Below the pieces are notes generated by a model that had not been told where the DNA came from, searched no databases, and saw nothing but the letters and a program-made list of their open reading frames with translations. From Spirochaetia bacterium (GTDB lineage: Bacteria; Spirochaetota; Spirochaetia; SZUA-6; Bin103): a stretch of DNA of 64,000 nt. The stretch spans positions 2,560,001 to 2,624,000 of the forward strand of contig OZ241863.1 of assembly GCA_965203055.1 (NCBI GenBank), given 5' to 3'. Shown here one piece after another: positions 40,874 through 50,542 of the stretch (positions are counted from its first letter, which is position 1; the number at the start of each line of letters is the position of its first letter). The position numbers were made by a program, and so were the translations under genes.

Positions 40874-41503
40874 TTGATCCGAATCGTGGCCATCGTCGAA
40901 GGCGATGGCGAAGTGAAGGCGGTGCCGGTGCTGCTCCGGCGGATCGGCGCGGCAGTGGCGCCGCTCGCGGCGCTCGACGTAGCGCGGCCGATCCGCGTGT
41001 CGCGCGGGCGATTTCTCAAAGGGAGCGGCCTGGAACGCTACGTGAGCTTGGCTGCGAGTCGCGCAGGGCCGGGCGGTCGCATTCTGGTGCTGCTCGACGC
41101 GAACGGCGATTGCCCGGCGGAACTCGGCGCCGCCCTGCTGCGGCGCGCCCGCGCCACGCGGCCGGACCTGCTCATCGAGGTGGTGCTGGCCAAGTGCGAA
41201 TACGAGGCGTGGTTCATCGCGGCGGCTGATTCCCTGCGCGGCACACGCGGCATATCGAATGCCGCCAACGTACCGCCTGACCCGGAATCGATCCGCGGCG
41301 CCAAGGAGTGGCTCCGCGCCCGGATGAGCGGCCCCTACAGCCCCACCGCCGACCAAGCCGCGCTCACCGCCCGGTTCGACATGACGGCGGCCCGCCGCCG
41401 CGCGCCGTCGTTCGACAAGATGTGGCGCGCCGTCGGCGTCCTGATGCTCTCCGCCCGGTCGCAGGAGGATCAGCCAGGCTGCCGGCCACCTACCGTCCGG
41501 TAG
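40874..41503 (+). CDS. DUF4276 (TOPRIM-like) protein
   Basis: IVEGDGE, VLLDA and EYEAWF motifs; usual partner of AAA_21 ATPases. Confidence 0.8.
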   Translation: MIRIVAIVEGDGEVKAVPVLLRRIGAAVAPLAALDVARPIRVSRGRFLKGSGLERYVSLAASRAGPGGRILVLLDANGDCPAELGAALLRRARATRPDLLIEVVLAKCEYEAWFIAAADSLRGTRGISNAANVPPDPESIRGAKEWLRARMSGPYSPTADQAALTARFDMTAARRRAPSFDKMWRAVGVLMLSARSQEDQPGCRPPTVR

Positions 41504-41599
41504 TGCAATTCCAGGCATGCAGCACGGCGGCACTCCAAAACTGGACAGGCATCACCTATTCAGTTACCCTGAAAGTGGGACTACGGAACCGTGGCGGTG

Positions 41600-42994
41600 A
41601 TGCACAACGACGAACCCACGCTGACAGACGCCCTGGACAGGGGAACGCTGATTGAAGAAGTCGGGAAGGCCGTAGCTACTTGTACGCCGCCGCAGGTGTT
41701 CGGGGTTCACGGTGATTGGGGTCTAGGGAAGACGAGCTTCCTCCACCAAGTGCAGTGGCACTTAACCGGCACCTGCCCGCAGCGGTCCGACGCCGCCGCG
41801 CCGGAACAGTCCGCGCTACTACCACCGAAAGGTAAGTACCGTAAGGCGATCCGAACGATCTGGTTCGATGCGTGGCGCTATCAGCACGAGGACGTACCCG
41901 TCATCGCCCTGCTCCACGAGATGCGCGCGCAGCTGTCATACTGGCATCGTAAAGGCGGCGTAGTCATTAGAGGGGCTCTTCTTTCTTTCGAGGAAATAAC
42001 GAAGAAAATCGGCATCAAGTATTCCACGTTTCGAAAAGCCAATCGCGAGTGGAAGGCTGAACATCTCCATGTTCCATTGCCATCGTATACCATACGTAAG
42101 CACCTGCGTGAAGCTATCGATCGGTTGATACCGCGCAAGCAATCAGCCCAGGCGCCGTCTCCTCGTCTTGCAATCTTCATCGACGACATAGACCGATGCG
42201 AGCCCGACGCCGCCTTCCGCCTGTTAGAGGGTCTCAAAATATTTCTCACCCTGGAGAACTGCGTGTTCGTTCTTGGAATGAATCAGAAGGTGATTGAGAA
42301 AGCGATCGGCAGCCAGATACTCGACGAAGACTCCCCGAAAGAACGCGCCGCCGCCTACATGGACAAGCTATGTCAAAACGTGTGGCGCCTGCCTGCAGTC
42401 AGGAGACCTGATCTGTTTCTCGAAGATATGCTGGCGGATACGGTCAAATACAAGAACACTCGGAACCGCATCATAGAGGGGATCAAAGACCTTCGCTGCC
42501 TACCTCCTAACCCCCGTCGTCTCAAGGGTCTTGCAAATCTGATCGGGAGGATGTCGGTGTGGCTTCCGAGCCAACGAAATGCAGACAAAAATAGTGCGAT
42601 TCGCCAGGCACAGCTACTCATGGTTGTCGCCTATACGTATCAATTCCATCACGATCTCTACGTTCGGTGGGAAGCAGATCACACACTCTACGACAAGATA
42701 TACGATTGGTGTCGGGGAACGCTGCCGACACCTTCGGAAAGCGAAGATGACAACAACGGTGTCAAAGGTCAGACGTTGGATATCTTTACGTCGATGATTC
42801 TCCCACTACGCGATACTGGTATCGATCAGGGCGAGCCAACGCCGCAACAGAGTAGTAAGATGGAACGGACGTACCCTGATCCAGGCGATAGTCGCGTCTT
42901 CTGGATACAGCCGCTGGTTCAGCGTCTCGGCGACGAAGTGAACGCCGATCAATTCCGGCCTTACCTTTACGGACCGGATCAAGCATCGTCATGA
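41600..42994 (+). CDS. KAP family P-loop NTPase
   Basis: N-terminal NDEP...D.L.R, GVHGDWGLGKTS, WFDAWRY, FIDDIDRC and NPRRLK. Confidence 0.9.
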   Translation: MHNDEPTLTDALDRGTLIEEVGKAVATCTPPQVFGVHGDWGLGKTSFLHQVQWHLTGTCPQRSDAAAPEQSALLPPKGKYRKAIRTIWFDAWRYQHEDVPVIALLHEMRAQLSYWHRKGGVVIRGALLSFEEITKKIGIKYSTFRKANREWKAEHLHVPLPSYTIRKHLREAIDRLIPRKQSAQAPSPRLAIFIDDIDRCEPDAAFRLLEGLKIFLTLENCVFVLGMNQKVIEKAIGSQILDEDSPKERAAAYMDKLCQNVWRLPAVRRPDLFLEDMLADTVKYKNTRNRIIEGIKDLRCLPPNPRRLKGLANLIGRMSVWLPSQRNADKNSAIRQAQLLMVVAYTYQFHHDLYVRWEADHTLYDKIYDWCRGTLPTPSESEDDNNGVKGQTLDIFTSMILPLRDTGIDQGEPTPQQSSKMERTYPDPGDSRVFWIQPLVQRLGDEVNADQFRPYLYGPDQASS

Positions 42995-45612
42995 GTGCAA
43001 CCACCTCCCGAACGGTTCTAACGATGTCCGACCTGTTTGCTAACCCGGCCCTTCGATCCTATCTTTCCAACGTCCGTGACTGGCATGGATACATTCGCTT
43101 TCTCGGATTGCCCGACCGCCGCGACCATCCTGACATCATAATCGACCGCCTGTTCGTCCCGCCGCTTCTGACGGACCGGTACGTTTCTGCTGACGATGAT
43201 CCGTCCGACTGGATCGACGACGCGGAGACGCTGATGACGGTGCTGGCGGTCGACAAGCCGATGGTACTATTGGGTGATCCCGGCACTGGTAAATCGGCGC
43301 TTGTGAATTACCTGGTCTGGCTGCTTTCGCGTCCCGCCGAGAACGGATTGGTAGCTCGGATCGGATGGCGCTTGCCGGTTCCCATGATTCTCAGAGACCT
43401 TCGTCTTGAGGGCGTAACGGACTTCAACGGCCTGCTACAAGCTTTCTTGAAACATGCGATGAGTGCGCCGCTCCGCGATGATACATTTCTTCACGAAGCA
43501 CTATCGGACGGCCAAGCGTTCATTCTACTGGACGGCATCGATGAAATCGGTGACATAGAGGCACGCGAAAGCTTACGCCTAGCGGTGTTCGACGGATTTA
43601 CTCGCTACCCTCGTTGTCGTTGGCTGCTGACGTCAAGGATCGTCGACTACAGTGAAGTACCGTTTGACCGCCATAAAGGTTACAGCCGAGCTGGCAACGT
43701 CAATGCCGAAAGTGGCCCGATAACCAACCGTATGAACGACCTCTTTGTCAAGCGTTCAAGGGTGTTTTTGCCTGACGTGGAGAGGCGCTATATCGCGCCG
43801 TTCGATGATCCACGCATCAAGGCGTTCGCCCGCCGTTGGTATGACGTTCGAGAGGCGGCTGCAGTGCGAGCGGGCGAAGATGCCGCCCATCTCGTTAAAG
43901 CGGTTCATGCGGACGACGGGATTCTCCGACTAGCGCGGATTCCTCACCTGCTGACTATGATGGCCTTGATCCATCGAATCGAAGCAACATTACCGCAAGA
44001 GCGGGCGCTGCTCTACGATCGCATTGCGGAGGCATACTTGGAGTCGATAGACAAGTATCGAGGCATCTACTCCGGTGCCGCTGACTTACCGTTCAAGAAG
44101 CGTTGGCTGGCTCGTGTCGGATTTGAAATGCAGCGTCGCCGCGACGCTCGGGACGGCCCTGACCAATCGGAAATTCTTGTCGATGCCGCCGACGTTCTTG
44201 GCTGGGTGCGCGCTGAGATGGAGCGTCACCCGGTGCCTGGCGCGGATACTCCGGAGGAATTTCTTCAATTCGTGAAGCGGCGCAGCGGTCTGCTTCTGCC
44301 TCGCGGAGAAAATCGCTATGCGTTCATACACTTATCGTTTCAGGAGTACTTTGCCGCTCATGCTGTGAGGCGCGAAATCATGACCCCTAAATGGATAAAG
44401 GAGGGAGAATCCCCGCTAGGTTTTAGATCAGCTTCATTGCTCAATTGGGGGAAAAGACTTGCTTGGACCGAGACGTTCGTATTCCTTTTCGAAATGCTCT
44501 CTTCCGAAGAGGATTGGCATGACGATCTTCGAGATTGTGTTTTCGGGGATAAGTTCTCGCATTTGTGCGACATGACAGATTCGACCTTAGGGCTTAATGT
44601 TTTAGCATCTCGTTTGGCAAGACATCGACGATCTCGCTTTATCTCGTCTGAGATAGTTGATACTATAGTCAATAGAGATGATATAGAACAGATACATAAA
44701 CTGAGCTTATCGGAGTTTCAAGTATCGGACGTGTCTCCGATATCTCGTCTTACTTCACTTCAGTATCTTTCGTTGGACGGGACACAGGTATCAGACCTGA
44801 CCCCGCTTGCGGACCTTGCTTCACTTCAGCATCTTTCGTTGGACGGGACACAGGTATCAGACCTGACCCCGCTTGCGGACCTTGCTTCACTTCAGCATCT
44901 TTCGTTGGACGGGACACAGGTATCAGACCTGACCCCGCTTGCGGACCTTGCTTCACTTCAGCATCTTTCGTTGGACGGGACACAGGTATCAGACCTGAGC
45001 CCGCTTGCGGACCTTGCTTCACTTCAGCATCTTTCGTTGGACGGGACACAGGTATCAGACCTGACCCCGCTTGCGGACCTTGCTTCACTTCGGTTTCTTT
45101 TATTGGACGGGACACAGGTATCGGACCTGACCCCGCTTGCGGACCTTGCTTCACTTCGGTTTCTTTGGTTGGACGGGACACGGGTGTCAGACCTGACCCC
45201 CCTTGCACACCTTACTTCACTTCGGGATCTTTCCTTGAACAGGACACAGGTATCGGACCTTACCCTCCTTGAGCGCCTTACTTCACTTTGGTTTCTTTGG
45301 TTGGACGGGACACAGGTGTCAGACCTGACCCCCCTTGCACACCTTACTTCACTTCAGTCTCTTTCGCTTGAAAGGACACACGTTTCGGTTCTGGATCCGC
45401 TTGCTCACCTCACCTCGCTTCGACATCTTTGGCTAGATGACACGGAGGTGTCGGACTTGACGCCGCTCGTCGCACTTACGTCGCTTCAAAATATCGATAT
45501 AGAGAGGACTCGCGTGTCGGAAAGGTCAGTCAGAAGATTACATGAGGCGCTTCCAAGCTGTAACATAACGTATCAAGGGATACCGTCTGACGCACGGGCG
45601 GAGCATGAATGA
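42991..45612 (+). CDS. NACHT-domain STAND NTPase with C-terminal leucine-rich repeats (bacterial NLR-like)
   Basis: LLGDPGTGKS, LLDGIDE, LTSR, RIPHLLTM, RSGLL and FIHLSFQEYFAA, followed by about 13 22-aa LRRs. Confidence 0.9.
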   Translation: MSATTSRTVLTMSDLFANPALRSYLSNVRDWHGYIRFLGLPDRRDHPDIIIDRLFVPPLLTDRYVSADDDPSDWIDDAETLMTVLAVDKPMVLLGDPGTGKSALVNYLVWLLSRPAENGLVARIGWRLPVPMILRDLRLEGVTDFNGLLQAFLKHAMSAPLRDDTFLHEALSDGQAFILLDGIDEIGDIEARESLRLAVFDGFTRYPRCRWLLTSRIVDYSEVPFDRHKGYSRAGNVNAESGPITNRMNDLFVKRSRVFLPDVERRYIAPFDDPRIKAFARRWYDVREAAAVRAGEDAAHLVKAVHADDGILRLARIPHLLTMMALIHRIEATLPQERALLYDRIAEAYLESIDKYRGIYSGAADLPFKKRWLARVGFEMQRRRDARDGPDQSEILVDAADVLGWVRAEMERHPVPGADTPEEFLQFVKRRSGLLLPRGENRYAFIHLSFQEYFAAHAVRREIMTPKWIKEGESPLGFRSASLLNWGKRLAWTETFVFLFEMLSSEEDWHDDLRDCVFGDKFSHLCDMTDSTLGLNVLASRLARHRRSRFISSEIVDTIVNRDDIEQIHKLSLSEFQVSDVSPISRLTSLQYLSLDGTQVSDLTPLADLASLQHLSLDGTQVSDLTPLADLASLQHLSLDGTQVSDLTPLADLASLQHLSLDGTQVSDLSPLADLASLQHLSLDGTQVSDLTPLADLASLRFLLLDGTQVSDLTPLADLASLRFLWLDGTRVSDLTPLAHLTSLRDLSLNRTQVSDLTLLERLTSLWFLWLDGTQVSDLTPLAHLTSLQSLSLERTHVSVLDPLAHLTSLRHLWLDDTEVSDLTPLVALTSLQNIDIERTRVSERSVRRLHEALPSCNITYQGIPSDARAEHE
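44692..45520 (+). repeat. 66-bp tandem repeat array encoding 22-aa LRRs
   Basis: Full units start at 44758 and every 66 nt to 45418, plus a degenerate unit at 44692 and a partial one at 45484. Consensus is LxxLxLDGTQVSDLTPLAxLxS. The five units from 44758 to 45087 differ from their consensus by at most 1 nt. Confidence 0.95.
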
Positions 45613-46757
45613 GGCATCTTCCGAGCGACTGCGCGGCAGTCGGCATGCTGCAGGGCGTTGCGCCCGCTCGTAGACGGCAGCCGTTGTCTTCCGGCAATCG
45701 GCTACGTTGGCGGCCCTTCAACGAGATAACGAGATCGCAGTTTACCGCCGTCAGAGTCCGTCGCTATCGCGGCATCGATGGTCTGTTACTCGATAGTCCC
45801 GGAAGAGTCAATCTCATCGTTGGCGTGAACAACTCGGGAAAGACCTCGCTGCTCGAAGCGATCTATCTGTTGGCGCACCAGAGCGATGAGCAGGCGCTGC
45901 TCGACGTTATCCGCTGGCGCGGTCGAGTGGAAGGGGATCCCGACCCGCCTTGGTTGGTGGAGCAACTTCCTCCCGTCATCCGGCTCTCCGGGAACTTCGA
46001 CCAGATCGCGGAGGACAGTACGACCTTCAAGGCCAATGTCCTCAATGAGCCGGGTGATGACTTTGGAGAGCGGGTTGATTTCCTGGCCCAACTCGTCATC
46101 GCGTCCAACTACGGCTGGCGAGCGCAAAGTACGGACGTCGCGTTCTTTGGAGATGGTCGGCGGCGGACCAGCTTCCAGGGGCGGCATTGGTTGTGCCGCT
46201 CCGCCTTCACCAGCCCGTTCTGGTCGAACCGCCCCGACCTGCTGGCTCACTGCTACAAGGAGAGCCTGGCGGCCGGAACGAAGCAGCAGGTCATCGACTT
46301 CATCAGAGAGCACGTCGATCCGGGGCTCCATGACATCGAACTCGCGGAACGGTTCAACCGCTTCCTCGTAAGCCATAGCGACTTCTCTCGCGCACAGGAT
46401 CTTGCGTTGTTCGGGGAAGGGGTGCGCCGAGTGTTCGAGATCGGGCTGCTCTTTGCGGGCGTTCAGGGGGGCGTCCTGTTGATCGATGAGTTCGAGAACG
46501 CGATCCACACCGACCTCCTGGTACCGTTCACGCGTTTCGTTCAGCGGCTTGCCGTCGACCTCAACGTGCAAGTATTCCTGACCACTTACAGCAAGGAGAC
46601 GATCGATGCCTTGCTTCTCAACGAATACCGAACCGCCGACATCGTAGGCTATGCGGTCAGCCGTACCGGCGAGGGCGCCGAGGTAAGACGCTACGACGGC
46701 AACAAGCTGCTCCGCCTGCACGAGGCGATAGACTTCGACCTGCGAGGGATTCGTTGA
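45609..46757 (+). CDS. ABC/SMC-like ATPase (AAA_15/AAA_21)
   Basis: RRYRGI, VGVNNSGKTS, FGEGVRR and LIDEFENAIH. The H-loop reads TTYS. ATGA overlap with the NACHT gene. Confidence 0.85.
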   Translation: MRHLPSDCAAVGMLQGVAPARRRQPLSSGNRLRWRPFNEITRSQFTAVRVRRYRGIDGLLLDSPGRVNLIVGVNNSGKTSLLEAIYLLAHQSDEQALLDVIRWRGRVEGDPDPPWLVEQLPPVIRLSGNFDQIAEDSTTFKANVLNEPGDDFGERVDFLAQLVIASNYGWRAQSTDVAFFGDGRRRTSFQGRHWLCRSAFTSPFWSNRPDLLAHCYKESLAAGTKQQVIDFIREHVDPGLHDIELAERFNRFLVSHSDFSRAQDLALFGEGVRRVFEIGLLFAGVQGGVLLIDEFENAIHTDLLVPFTRFVQRLAVDLNVQVFLTTYSKETIDALLLNEYRTADIVGYAVSRTGEGAEVRRYDGNKLLRLHEAIDFDLRGIR

Positions 46758-46781
46758 AGACGGTTCTGGCCGGCGCGGCGG

Positions 46782-47585
46782 TCAGCCAGCGGCGAGGGCT
46801 GCGGTGAGGTTGGCTCGTTCCAGCAGCCGGGCGTCCGCCGGGCGCTCCAGGAACGGGCGGACGTCCTGGATGAGTCGGCCGACGTCCAGCGTCGCGAGCT
46901 GCGCCCGGAGCAGCGCCAGCCAGTCCTGCGCGCGATAGCGGCCGGCGCCTTCGGTCTGATCCAGGGCGCGCTGCAGCAGCGGCAGATTCGGCTCCACCGG
47001 CGGGCGCCGGGAGCGGTACCACACCAGATCGAACCAGTCCCGCCCCTTCCGGTAGCGGCGCGCCAGCAGCGCGTGCAACTTGCCGGCCATCAGCGACGGC
47101 AGATCGTAATGGGCCACCACGAAGGTCACGCCGCGCGTGACGATCGTACGCTCGACGGTCGCACCGGCCGGCGGCCGGGTGTCGATCTCGATCTTGATGG
47201 CGAGTTTCTGTTGCGGATGACCGGAAAGCCCCGCTTCGGCGAGCAGCGAGGCGCTGCGGACCCACGCCGCCTGCACCGGTTTGCGGTCGTGCCAGCGAAT
47301 CGTACTCTCGAATCCGGCGAAATGGAGGTCGCGCTTCAGCTTCTCCAACCAGCGGCGCGGGCGGTATCCGGCGGTCGAGGTAAGGCAGAAGTCGAGGTCT
47401 TCGGAGAAGCGCGGCAAGCCCTCCAGCAGGCGCAACGCGGTGCCGCCGACGAACGCCACCGATTGGGCCGCTTCGCTCTCGTGCAGAGACCGCAGGATGA
47501 AGACTTGCAGGTATTCGCGCAGGGCGTTGAGGCGCTGCGTGGGGTCGGAGTAGCGCAGGGCCGCGGCGAGTGCCTGCTCCTTCAC
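46782..47585 (-). CDS. abiEii: AbiEii-family nucleotidyltransferase toxin (type IV TA)
   Basis: FVGGTALR....PRFSEDLDF, KIEID, GKLHAL and KGRDWFD motifs. Confidence 0.9.
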   Translation of the reverse strand: MKEQALAAALRYSDPTQRLNALREYLQVFILRSLHESEAAQSVAFVGGTALRLLEGLPRFSEDLDFCLTSTAGYRPRRWLEKLKRDLHFAGFESTIRWHDRKPVQAAWVRSASLLAEAGLSGHPQQKLAIKIEIDTRPPAGATVERTIVTRGVTFVVAHYDLPSLMAGKLHALLARRYRKGRDWFDLVWYRSRRPPVEPNLPLLQRALDQTEGAGRYRAQDWLALLRAQLATLDVGRLIQDVRPFLERPADARLLERANLTAALAAG

Positions 47586-48223
47586 AGTTCCTCGCCTTCA
47601 TCGTCGGGCAGGTAGCAGCATTCCCGCCAGACCCGCACGGCGTGTAGAATCCTTGGCTTGGCCATGCGCCGCGCGAAGGCGTCGAGGCGGTCGAGATCGA
47701 GCAGTTCGGTCTGCTGGAACCGCATCTCGATCATGCGGTCGGCGTCCCACGCGCCGGGCGTCAGATGGAACAGGTCGAGCAGCGCCTTCTCCATCGTGGC
47801 CACCGCCGCGTCGCTGCCGGCGACGGGAACGGCGTGGTACCCGAAGAAGAAATCGCGCTTCACGTTGCGGTAGCTGAAGATGCCGAACCGGTTCTCGAAC
47901 TCGCGCGGCGTGCGCGTGGTGACGCTGGTGTAGACCGGCACGCTCTCGGGAATGACGCCGTAGAAGCTCAACGCCCACGAGCCGCTGAGATAGGAGGGCG
48001 TGAGCAGCACGTTGGCCAGCGTGGCCGGCGCCAGCGGCGCCCGCCGGTAGCGATCGGCCAACGCGTAGCGGCCCCGGCGCAGGGCGACCACCTTCCCCGC
48101 CCTGCCCCATCGGTGCAGTTGACTCACCACGCTCGCCCGCGGCTCCGCGATGAGCTGCGTCACCGTCGCCAAGTCGAACGACGGCTCCGCCCCGAGAAGC
48201 TCCACGACATCATCGAACCGCAT
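47582..48223 (-). CDS. abiEi: AbiEi-family antitoxin
   Basis: LRRGRY, PSYLS...ALSFYGVIPE, TSVT and EKALLD motifs. Overlaps the toxin start. Confidence 0.85.
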   Translation of the reverse strand: MRFDDVVELLGAEPSFDLATVTQLIAEPRASVVSQLHRWGRAGKVVALRRGRYALADRYRRAPLAPATLANVLLTPSYLSGSWALSFYGVIPESVPVYTSVTTRTPREFENRFGIFSYRNVKRDFFFGYHAVPVAGSDAAVATMEKALLDLFHLTPGAWDADRMIEMRFQQTELLDLDRLDAFARRMAKPRILHAVRVWRECCYLPDDEGEEL

Positions 48224-48351
48224 CCCCCAATCCATCCATTTACGATAATGGACAAACATGCTGATTATCGTCAACCATTCATCCGCGCCCTGCACGTGCC
48301 GGCCGGCGCAGTGTGCTATGCTTTCCGGCGCGCCCAGCAGGAGAAGTAGAC

Positions 48352-48852
48352 ATGGCCACCGAGAGCATCACCAAGAATATTCTGTTGCGTCTCAAGAACA
48401 TCGATGCCCGGCTGCCGTCGCTGATACGACGGGTGGACCGGCTTGACGACGCCGCGGCGGAGCGCCGGTTCCGCGGGCGGGCGGCGGCCTGTTTCGGGCA
48501 TCTGTTGCGACGCATCAGAGTCGTAGACAACAGCGCCCTGGCCGACCGGATCGATGATGCCATCGAGTCAGGAACGTTCGCGGAGGCCGACCGGGAGCCG
48601 CTGCTGTTGCTCGACGTCGTGGCGTGGGGACGCGACGTTCAGACGAGGGAAGAGCGGTACCTGGCTGCCGAGGTGTCCGCCGGAATAGGAGAAACCGACA
48701 TTCTGCGGGCCGCGGACCGCGCGGCGCTTCTCGAAAAGCTGACCGGCGTACCTGTCCTGCCGGTGGTGGCCGGGTATTCCATCTCCCCGCGGTTTCGGTC
48801 TATCGCCGCGGGGCGACAGGTCCGGGTGGTGATCGTCGAAGAGCCGCGATGA
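48352..48852 (+). CDS. hypothetical protein, possible degenerate PD-(D/E)XK fold
   Basis: AGGAG SD; LDVVAWG...YLAAEVS...DILRAADRA...PVVAG pattern. Confidence 0.55.
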   Translation: MATESITKNILLRLKNIDARLPSLIRRVDRLDDAAAERRFRGRAAACFGHLLRRIRVVDNSALADRIDDAIESGTFAEADREPLLLLDVVAWGRDVQTREERYLAAEVSAGIGETDILRAADRAALLEKLTGVPVLPVVAGYSISPRFRSIAAGRQVRVVIVEEPR

Positions 48853-48910
48853 TCGAGCGAGCGAGGCGCGCGGTTGAACGGGCGCCGGGGAAGGGACACA
48901 CTCATCCGGG

Positions 48911-50521
48911 ATGCGCTTCTTCAACACCGCGGGACCGATCATCGCGGAGGATCACTACCACGTGCCGCCGCTGCAGCGGCTGGACCGGGACGAGCTGCTC
49001 AAGCTGATCGACTGGAAGCGCTACTTCGTGCTGCACGCCCCCCGGCAGACCGGCAAGACGTCGGCGCTGCTGGCGCTGAATGATGAACTGAACGGCAGCG
49101 GGAAGTACCGCTGCCTGTACTGCAACGTCGAGGTCGCCCAGTCCGCGCGCGAGGACGTGGCCGCGGCGATGCGGGCGATCCTCAATACCATCGCGCGGCA
49201 GGCCCGGCTCCACCTGAACGACCCGTTCCCGGACGAGGCGCGCCGCGGCCTGCTGGAACGCGCCGGGCCTCATGACGCGCTCCGGGAGGTGCTGGCGCTG
49301 TGGGCGGCGGCCGACGCCAAGCCGTTGGTGCTGCTGCTCGACGAGATCGACGCGCTGGTGGGCGACACCCTGATCGCCGTGCTGCGGCAACTGCGCGCGG
49401 GCTACGCCGAGCGCCCGCGCCACTTCCCGCAGAGCGTGGTCCTGTGCGGCGTGCGCGACGTGCGCGACTACCGCATCCGATCTTCCAGCCGGAACGAGGT
49501 GATCGCCGGCGGCAGCCCGTTCAACGTCAAGGTCACGTCGCTGCGGCTGGACGATTTCTCGCCGGACGAGGTGCGCGCGCTGCTCCTCCAGCACACCGCC
49601 GAGACCGGGCAGCGGTGGACCGGGGAAGCCATAGAACGGGTATGGGAACTGACTCAGGGGCAGCCCTGGCTGGTAAACGCGCTGGCCTACCAGGCGTGCT
49701 TCGACGATCCGGCCGGTCGCGACGGCAGCCTGCCGGTCACCGCGGACGCGATCCGGGCCGCCGCGGAACGGCTGATCGTGCGCCGCGACACTCACCTGGA
49801 CCAGCTCGCCGACAAGCTCCGCGAGGAGCGCGTCCGCAACGTGATCGAGCCGCTGCTCAGCGGCGGCGGCGAACGCGGCTACTCCGCGGCCGACGTCGAG
49901 TACGTGCGCGACCTGGGCCTGATCGCCCGCGGCGACCCGTTGCGCATGGCCAATCCGATCTACGCCGAAGTGGTGCCGCGCGAACTGACCAGCCACGTCC
50001 AGGCGAGCGTGGTCGAGGACCCGGCGTGGTACGTGGACCCCGACGGCGGCTTGAACGTCGCGCGGCTGCTGGCCGCGTTCGGGGAGTTCTTTCGGGAACA
50101 TTCCGAGCACTGGGTGCAGCGGTTCCAGTATCGGGAAGCCGGCCCCCAGTTGCTGCTGCAGGCGTTTCTGCAGCGCATCGTGAACAGTGGCGGCCAGATC
50201 CACCGGGAGTACGGGCTGGGGCGGATGCGCACCGATCTGCTGATCGTCTGGCCGGCGGGGGCGGTGGCGGGAACGGCAGGAGCGGCGCCGGGAACGGCGC
50301 GCAGGACGGTGATCGAGTGCAAGGTGGTGACGGCGAAGCAGGGGATGGAGCGGACCGTGCGCGACGGGCTGGCGCAGACGCGCGCCTACCTTGAGCGGTG
50401 CGCGGCGGCCGAGGGCCACTTGGTGGTATTCGACCGCCGGCCCGAGCGCACCTGGGAGCAGAAGCTCTTTCGCCGTGAGGAGACGACCGGCGGCGCGCCG
50501 GTGACCGTGTGGGGAATGTAG
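48911..50521 (+). CDS. AAA-like ATPase with C-terminal PD-(D/E)XK-like domain
   Basis: MRFFNTAGP, APRQTGKTS, LLDEID and REY..GRMRTDLL...IECK. Confidence 0.85.
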   Translation: MRFFNTAGPIIAEDHYHVPPLQRLDRDELLKLIDWKRYFVLHAPRQTGKTSALLALNDELNGSGKYRCLYCNVEVAQSAREDVAAAMRAILNTIARQARLHLNDPFPDEARRGLLERAGPHDALREVLALWAAADAKPLVLLLDEIDALVGDTLIAVLRQLRAGYAERPRHFPQSVVLCGVRDVRDYRIRSSSRNEVIAGGSPFNVKVTSLRLDDFSPDEVRALLLQHTAETGQRWTGEAIERVWELTQGQPWLVNALAYQACFDDPAGRDGSLPVTADAIRAAAERLIVRRDTHLDQLADKLREERVRNVIEPLLSGGGERGYSAADVEYVRDLGLIARGDPLRMANPIYAEVVPRELTSHVQASVVEDPAWYVDPDGGLNVARLLAAFGEFFREHSEHWVQRFQYREAGPQLLLQAFLQRIVNSGGQIHREYGLGRMRTDLLIVWPAGAVAGTAGAAPGTARRTVIECKVVTAKQGMERTVRDGLAQTRAYLERCAAAEGHLVVFDRRPERTWEQKLFRREETTGGAPVTVWGM

Positions 50522-50542
50522 GGAAGGCCCGGTATTCGCCGC

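Noticed and set aside
44758..45483. Regular repeats as a CRISPR array
   Set aside because: The units are contiguous 66-bp in-frame coding repeats with no unique spacers, and no cas genes are present.
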